IMG/VR virus record: IMGVR_UViG_3300013947_000211
Span: 3,846-12,194 of that record
From: a virus
Length of the DNA: 8,349 nucleotides
Reading direction: 5' to 3' (one strand)
The notes under the pieces were generated by a model. It was not told the origin of the DNA, made no database searches, and saw nothing but the letters and a program-made list of their open reading frames with translations. Numbering within the stretch: the first letter of the stretch is position 1; each line of letters opens with the position of its first letter. A program made the position numbers and the translations under genes. Below, piece by piece: positions 4,901-8,349 of the stretch.

Positions 4901-5337
4901 TATATTTTCTCCTTTAAAATATTTTCTATTTTTATTAATACTGGTTCTATTGCTTCTATTTCAATATCTGTGTATTCAGTAAACCCTTTGTTTTCTTTGC
5001 AATAAATTTTATAATCATTTATTTTCTTTAATGCTTTATCTATTCTAGTATCTAAGCCAACCAATTCATCATATTGCTCATGTATCGTTTCTTCTTTTCT
5101 TTCACAACTTCTGCGAAGATATTCAACTTGTTCTTCTAGTTGTTTGTTATCTTCTTGTAATTCAAAAATCATGTCATTAGTTGTTTTTGTATCATTTTCT
5201 AAACAAAAAACACCATTTTTCATATATAATTGTTTTGCTTTCCAATAGTCTAGCAAATCCTGCTTAACATTTTCTGAAACTGAATTTGATAATTCTATAA
5301 TATTCTCTATTAGTTTTTCTTTAGTTCTTGCTTTCAT
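4900..5337 (-). CDS. Hypothetical coiled-coil protein
   Basis: ATG after AAAGAGGTG. ATGA overlap with the upstream gene. Confidence 0.8.
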   Translation of the reverse strand: MKARTKEKLIENIIELSNSVSENVKQDLLDYWKAKQLYMKNGVFCLENDTKTTNDMIFELQEDNKQLEEQVEYLRRSCERKEETIHEQYDELVGLDTRIDKALKKINDYKIYCKENKGFTEYTDIEIEAIEPVLIKIENILKEKI

Positions 5338-5750
5338 TCTGACACCTCTTTTAATATATCTAAATTTTTAGTAGTAATTTCATTTTGCGAATATACATAA
5401 TCACTATCATTAATTATTTGGTTTAATTCTATCAATTTATTAATTACTTCTTTTTGTTTTTTGGCTTGTTCTAATAGATCATCATAAGTTGGTTTAGAAG
5501 TAGGTTTAATAATAAAACTTATATCTTTTTCAAAAGAATCTAGTGAAACTTTTAATCCCATATAACTATGAACTCCAGTAAATTTGTCTTTAATATCTAA
5601 TATATTTTTGTTTAATATAATTTCAAATCTTCTTTGTTCTTCTTCTATAGCAATCTTTTTTGCAATTTCCTGTATTGCGCCTCGGAAATCTTCATTAGGT
5701 TTAAGGTCATCAATATTTATATTAAATCCTTTTAGAGTCTCTTTAATCAT
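5334..5750 (-). CDS. Hypothetical protein (138 aa from ATG 5750; the track version starts at TTG 5768)
   Basis: The track start is TTG and overlaps the upstream gene by 16 nt. The ATG at 5750 has AAAGGA 7 nt upstream and lies 2 nt after the upstream TAA. Confidence 0.75.
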   Translation of the reverse strand: MIKETLKGFNINIDDLKPNEDFRGAIQEIAKKIAIEEEQRRFEIILNKNILDIKDKFTGVHSYMGLKVSLDSFEKDISFIIKPTSKPTYDDLLEQAKKQKEVINKLIELNQIINDSDYVYSQNEITTKNLDILKEVSE

Positions 5751-5752
5751 TT

Positions 5753-5956
5753 TTACATCCTTTCCCAAAAGGTAACCGCTACTAAAGCATCTTCTGAATT
5801 ATCTCTTTTTTTAATTTTTTTTGCATATGCTGGAGTTATTAAGTATCTTATTGTTTTAGCATTGACATTTCTTCTTTTAGCAAGTTCATTTGCTGTTCCA
5901 ACATCAATAAATTTGTCGCCTTTATATAATCCAAATATTTTAACTTTCTTTCTCAT
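5753..5956 (-). CDS. Small helix-turn-helix DNA-binding protein
   Basis: GTANELAKRRNVNAKTIRYL reads as a classic HTH (helix, turn, recognition helix). ATGA-type overlap with the upstream gene. Confidence 0.75.
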   Translation of the reverse strand: MRKKVKIFGLYKGDKFIDVGTANELAKRRNVNAKTIRYLITPAYAKKIKKRDNSEDALVAVTFWERM

Positions 5957-6174
5957 AAATCATTTTCTCTATTCAAAATCATAACTGCTCTACCTATGTA
6001 ATAAATAGCATCTTCACTTTCCATTACATAGATAAAAGCTGTACCTTGATTAGGTATAGGAACTCCTATCATATACCTAGTATCATTACCACATTTTTTA
6101 ATTTCACAGATAATTCCTAATGAACCACACCATTTATGTTTCTCATTAAATTGAACCACATCATTTACTTTCAT
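5953..6174 (-). CDS. Hypothetical protein (beta-rich, SH3/KOW-like impression only)
   Basis: ATG 8 nt after GGAGG. Confidence 0.85.
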   Translation of the reverse strand: MKVNDVVQFNEKHKWCGSLGIICEIKKCGNDTRYMIGVPIPNQGTAFIYVMESEDAIYYIGRAVMILNRENDL

Positions 6175-6176
6175 TG

Positions 6177-6416
6177 TTAGAACCTCCTGTAATCCCCAAT
6201 TTGTTCCTCAATTAACTCTTGTGGTGTTTTGGGATTATAATAATTTTCTAAATCATCCTTTAATTCACGAACTGTGTCACTCAATTTATAAATTTTAGTA
6301 ATTAAATCTTCACACATTTCATTTAGTTTATCATTTGTAATAGACCCATTAGTATCATATTCTCTATTAAATAGTTCACATATTTCTTCATACCATTTTA
6401 AATCATTTACATTCAT
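6177..6416 (-). CDS. Hypothetical acidic protein
   Basis: ATG after GAAGGAAA. ATGA overlap with the upstream gene. Confidence 0.8.
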   Translation of the reverse strand: MNVNDLKWYEEICELFNREYDTNGSITNDKLNEMCEDLITKIYKLSDTVRELKDDLENYYNPKTPQELIEEQIGDYRRF

Positions 6417-6862
6417 AATTTTTCCTTCACATCCTTAATAATTTTGCTAGTCTTTGCTGAACTTTTAACCCCTATTCTTTGCTTATTTGGAATTCTTCCA
6501 GATGGTATTTTATTAATTAACCATTTGTCTTTTTTAAAATCAGCATATTCTTTTTCAACTGCTGATTTTTCTTCTTTTGTTAACCTTAATTCTTCTTTTA
6601 AACTAGTTACTTCTTTTTTTAATTCAGTAACCTGCTCTCTCAATTTATCTTTTCTATTTAATAAATCATTATGCTTTCTTATGACTTTTTCTTTATCATC
6701 TCGTAATGTATTAAGCAATGCAGATAATTTAGTTACTTCATTTTGACTTGCTTTTAAATCATCGGCAAGTCCTTTATTTGCTGTTTCAGCCAAATTTAAT
6801 CTATCTTTTATAGATTTATATTCTTTCTTCAAAACCCTCTGATATTTAGATTTAAATATCAT
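6413..6862 (-). CDS. Hypothetical coiled-coil protein with basic C-terminal tail
   Basis: Long heptad-like region (LKASQNEVTKLSALLNTLRDDKEK...). The ATG overlaps the TGA of the unlisted small ORF upstream. Confidence 0.8.
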   Translation of the reverse strand: MIFKSKYQRVLKKEYKSIKDRLNLAETANKGLADDLKASQNEVTKLSALLNTLRDDKEKVIRKHNDLLNRKDKLREQVTELKKEVTSLKEELRLTKEEKSAVEKEYADFKKDKWLINKIPSGRIPNKQRIGVKSSAKTSKIIKDVKEKL

Positions 6863-7008
6863 TTTTCTAACTTTTCCTCCAACTTTATAATCTTTTTTGT
6901 TAATTCCCTTATAACTTTATTTTTTTGATTTATAACATTTTTAGTTAGTGCTAGCTCACTCTTGTAGTATTCAATTTCACTTTTTAATGTTTCAATTTCA
7001 TTTTCCAT
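6859..7008 (-). CDS. Unlisted 49-aa coiled-coil ORF (MENEIETLKSEIEYYKSELALTKNVINQKNKVIRELTKKIIKLEEKLEK)
   Basis: Hand translation. It fills the otherwise unexplained 135-nt gap. Its TGA overlaps the next ATG (ATGA) and its start overlaps the previous gene by 11 nt. The sequence has clean heptad character. SD is weak (GAAAGG 13 nt upstream). It is below the track size cutoff. Confidence 0.5.
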   Translation of the reverse strand: MENEIETLKSEIEYYKSELALTKNVINQKNKVIRELTKKIIKLEEKLEK

Positions 7009-7471
7009 AACTATTCATTAACCTTTCAAATTCAACATCATCCAATGTTTTTATTCCAACTTTTTTACACTCGTTTTCTACCCCTTTAATTAGTTGCCAG
7101 AACTCTTTTGAATTGAGTTCGTGTGTTCTTTTGTAAAATACATAAAAGTCTTTCATATCGGCTCTTTTGTACCTTTTTGCATAAGGATAAAACTCTCTCA
7201 TATTAGTACCTTGCGGAACTATAGCACAAATTGCTGAATTATTTTTATCTGTGGCTATAGTCCCATATGCAAGATTTAAATCAATTTTCATATCTTCATC
7301 TGACACTGCAAATCCATTAGCACGATTATATTTTGCAAGTTCATTTGCAAGTTTGTGGAAGTAAGCATTTGCATCTTTACTTCTCATTTTTTTATATTCT
7401 TTAATCTCATAAACTTTATCTCTATCAAGATTAAATAATACTCTTGATAGCTCTTCGGGTTTTCCTATCAT
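6998..7471 (-). CDS. Hypothetical protein, possibly NinB/Orf-like recombination mediator
   Basis: ATG 2 nt after the SSB stop, so coupled. The segment KKMRSKDANAYFHKLANELA resembles the RSLDQNRKLWACLGDVS segment of lambda NinB/Orf. Its position next to ssb fits. The functional call is tentative. Confidence 0.8.
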   Translation of the reverse strand: MIGKPEELSRVLFNLDRDKVYEIKEYKKMRSKDANAYFHKLANELAKYNRANGFAVSDEDMKIDLNLAYGTIATDKNNSAICAIVPQGTNMREFYPYAKRYKRADMKDFYVFYKRTHELNSKEFWQLIKGVENECKKVGIKTLDDVEFERLMNSYGK

Positions 7472-7473
7472 AA

Positions 7474-7917
7474 TCAGAATGGGAATTGACTTGGATCAAT
7501 TTCATTTTCATTTGCAAAATCAGCATATGGATCAGAAGTTTGAGGTGCATTATTACTTGGTGCTGGAACTCCTGGATTAGGGTCAGTAGGTAATGGCTCG
7601 TTACTTTTTGAATTTAAAAACATTACTTTACTTGCTAACACATAAGTTCTATAATGTTTACCTTGTTCATCCTCCCAATTATCGACTTTTATTCTACCTT
7701 CTACAGCAACCTTGCTACCTGTTGAAGTATACTTTTTCATATTTTCGGCTTGTTCATTCCAAACGACACACACTATATAGTCAGCAGCTTTTTTCTGTCC
7801 ATCAGCGGTTTTACCATTATTAACTGCGACAGTGAACTCACCTACAGCTTTATTGTTTGGTGTATATTGAATTTTTATATCTCTTGTTAAATTTCCAATT
7901 AATATTACTTTATTCAT
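7474..7917 (-). CDS. ssb: Single-stranded DNA-binding protein
   Basis: Canonical N-terminus MNKVILIGNLTRD..., OB-fold core (..AVEGRI..DNWEDEQGK...), a Pro/Asn-rich linker and an acidic-aromatic tail DPSQFPF ending at TGA. Confidence 0.95.
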   Translation of the reverse strand: MNKVILIGNLTRDIKIQYTPNNKAVGEFTVAVNNGKTADGQKKAADYIVCVVWNEQAENMKKYTSTGSKVAVEGRIKVDNWEDEQGKHYRTYVLASKVMFLNSKSNEPLPTDPNPGVPAPSNNAPQTSDPYADFANENEIDPSQFPF

Positions 7918-7923
7918 ATTTTT

Positions 7924-8349
7924 TTAATTCTCCTTTGGTAATGTTATTTTTACATAACCTTTTTTGCCTTTCTTTATTTTTTCTTTATCTACTAAATATT
8001 CTGCTTGTTTCAACTCATATAATTTTATTAATTCAAAATTTTCTTTTTTAAATAAATCTTCATCGACTTCCTTCTCAATGACAGTTTCATCAGGTTTATC
8101 CTCAATTAAAGTAATCTTTGTTCCATTAGGTGTTTCCCATTTTTTTATCTTTTTATCTTGCATTACACTTTTTAATTTTCCTTTAATCATATCTACTTGT
8201 TTTTCAGTCTCTTTCATTCTTTTTAGTTGGTCCTCTAGCAATATAACTCTATTAGATAACTCAGTTAAATCAGTTGGTAATAATTCTTCTTCTGTTATAA
8301 AAGGATTTTCTTTTACTTTTGCTAAATCAATTTTAAATTGTTCTACCGA
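7924..8349 (-). CDS. C-terminal 141 aa of a coiled-coil phage protein (partial; Gp157/Mu Gam-like arrangement is possible but unverified)
   Basis: The track start at 8241 is an internal TTG. Hand translation shows the frame stays open to the window edge (...SVEQFKIDLAKVKENPFITEEELLPTDLTELSNRVILLEDQ...). A coiled coil is followed by KKIKKWETPNGTKITL and DKEKIKKGKKGYVKITL, reminiscent of Gp157/Gam family layout. Confidence 0.8.
   Translation of the reverse strand, partial: SVEQFKIDLAKVKENPFITEEELLPTDLTELSNRVILLEDQLKRMKETEKQVDMIKGKLKSVMQDKKIKKWETPNGTKITLIEDKPDETVIEKEVDEDLFKKENFELIKLYELKQAEYLVDKEKIKKGKKGYVKITLPKEN

Noticed and set aside
4579-5768. Track start codons at 4602 and 5768
   Set aside because: Both are TTG and create long overlaps with the upstream genes. 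In-frame ATGs at 4578 and 5750 have proper SD spacing and restore the tight packing seen elsewhere, so the shorter versions were annotated.
2068-8051. Ten plus-strand ORFs in the track (2068..2256, 2739..2921, 2882..3082, 3024..3215, 3212..3514, 3564..3764, 5584..5775, 6444..6746, 7593..7823, 7857..8051)
   Set aside because: Each lies entirely antisense to a better-supported minus-strand gene. Their translations are low-complexity L/F/S/I-rich strings, as expected from the reverse complement of K/E-rich AT-rich genes. They lack SD sequences and any operon logic.

Overview
This is a very AT-rich window that reads as the early-to-late transition of a tailed phage or prophage from a low-GC host (Clostridium- or Fusobacterium-like, judged by eye). 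Every credible gene is on the minus strand. The genes are packed start-on-stop, often with ATGA or TAATG overlaps.

Read in the direction of transcription (right to left), the window contains:
- A recombination/replication segment: a partial coiled-coil protein, SSB, and a possible NinB/Orf-like protein.
- About 20 small genes with no recognisable function. These include several coiled-coil proteins, a small HTH protein, a CxxC zinc ribbon, a tandem paralog pair and a secreted lipoprotein.
- A His/Cys-motif protein.
- A late-gene activator-like protein with a sigma-70 region-4-type HTH.
- A small membrane ORF.

The operon then runs into about 570 nt (202..775) with no ORF on either strand. This stretch is dense with long helices whose only mismatches become G.U pairs solely on the minus strand. 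It is followed by a 26-codon hydrophobic mini-ORF, an atypical tRNA (anticodon CAG with a short variable loop), and the start of the next gene.

The most interesting call is that 202..775 encodes a large structured phage ncRNA. Its size, phage context and tRNA adjacency match the ROOL/GOLLD class. The family assignment cannot be confirmed without a covariance-model search. No CRISPR array, integrase, transposase or known defence gene is visible.
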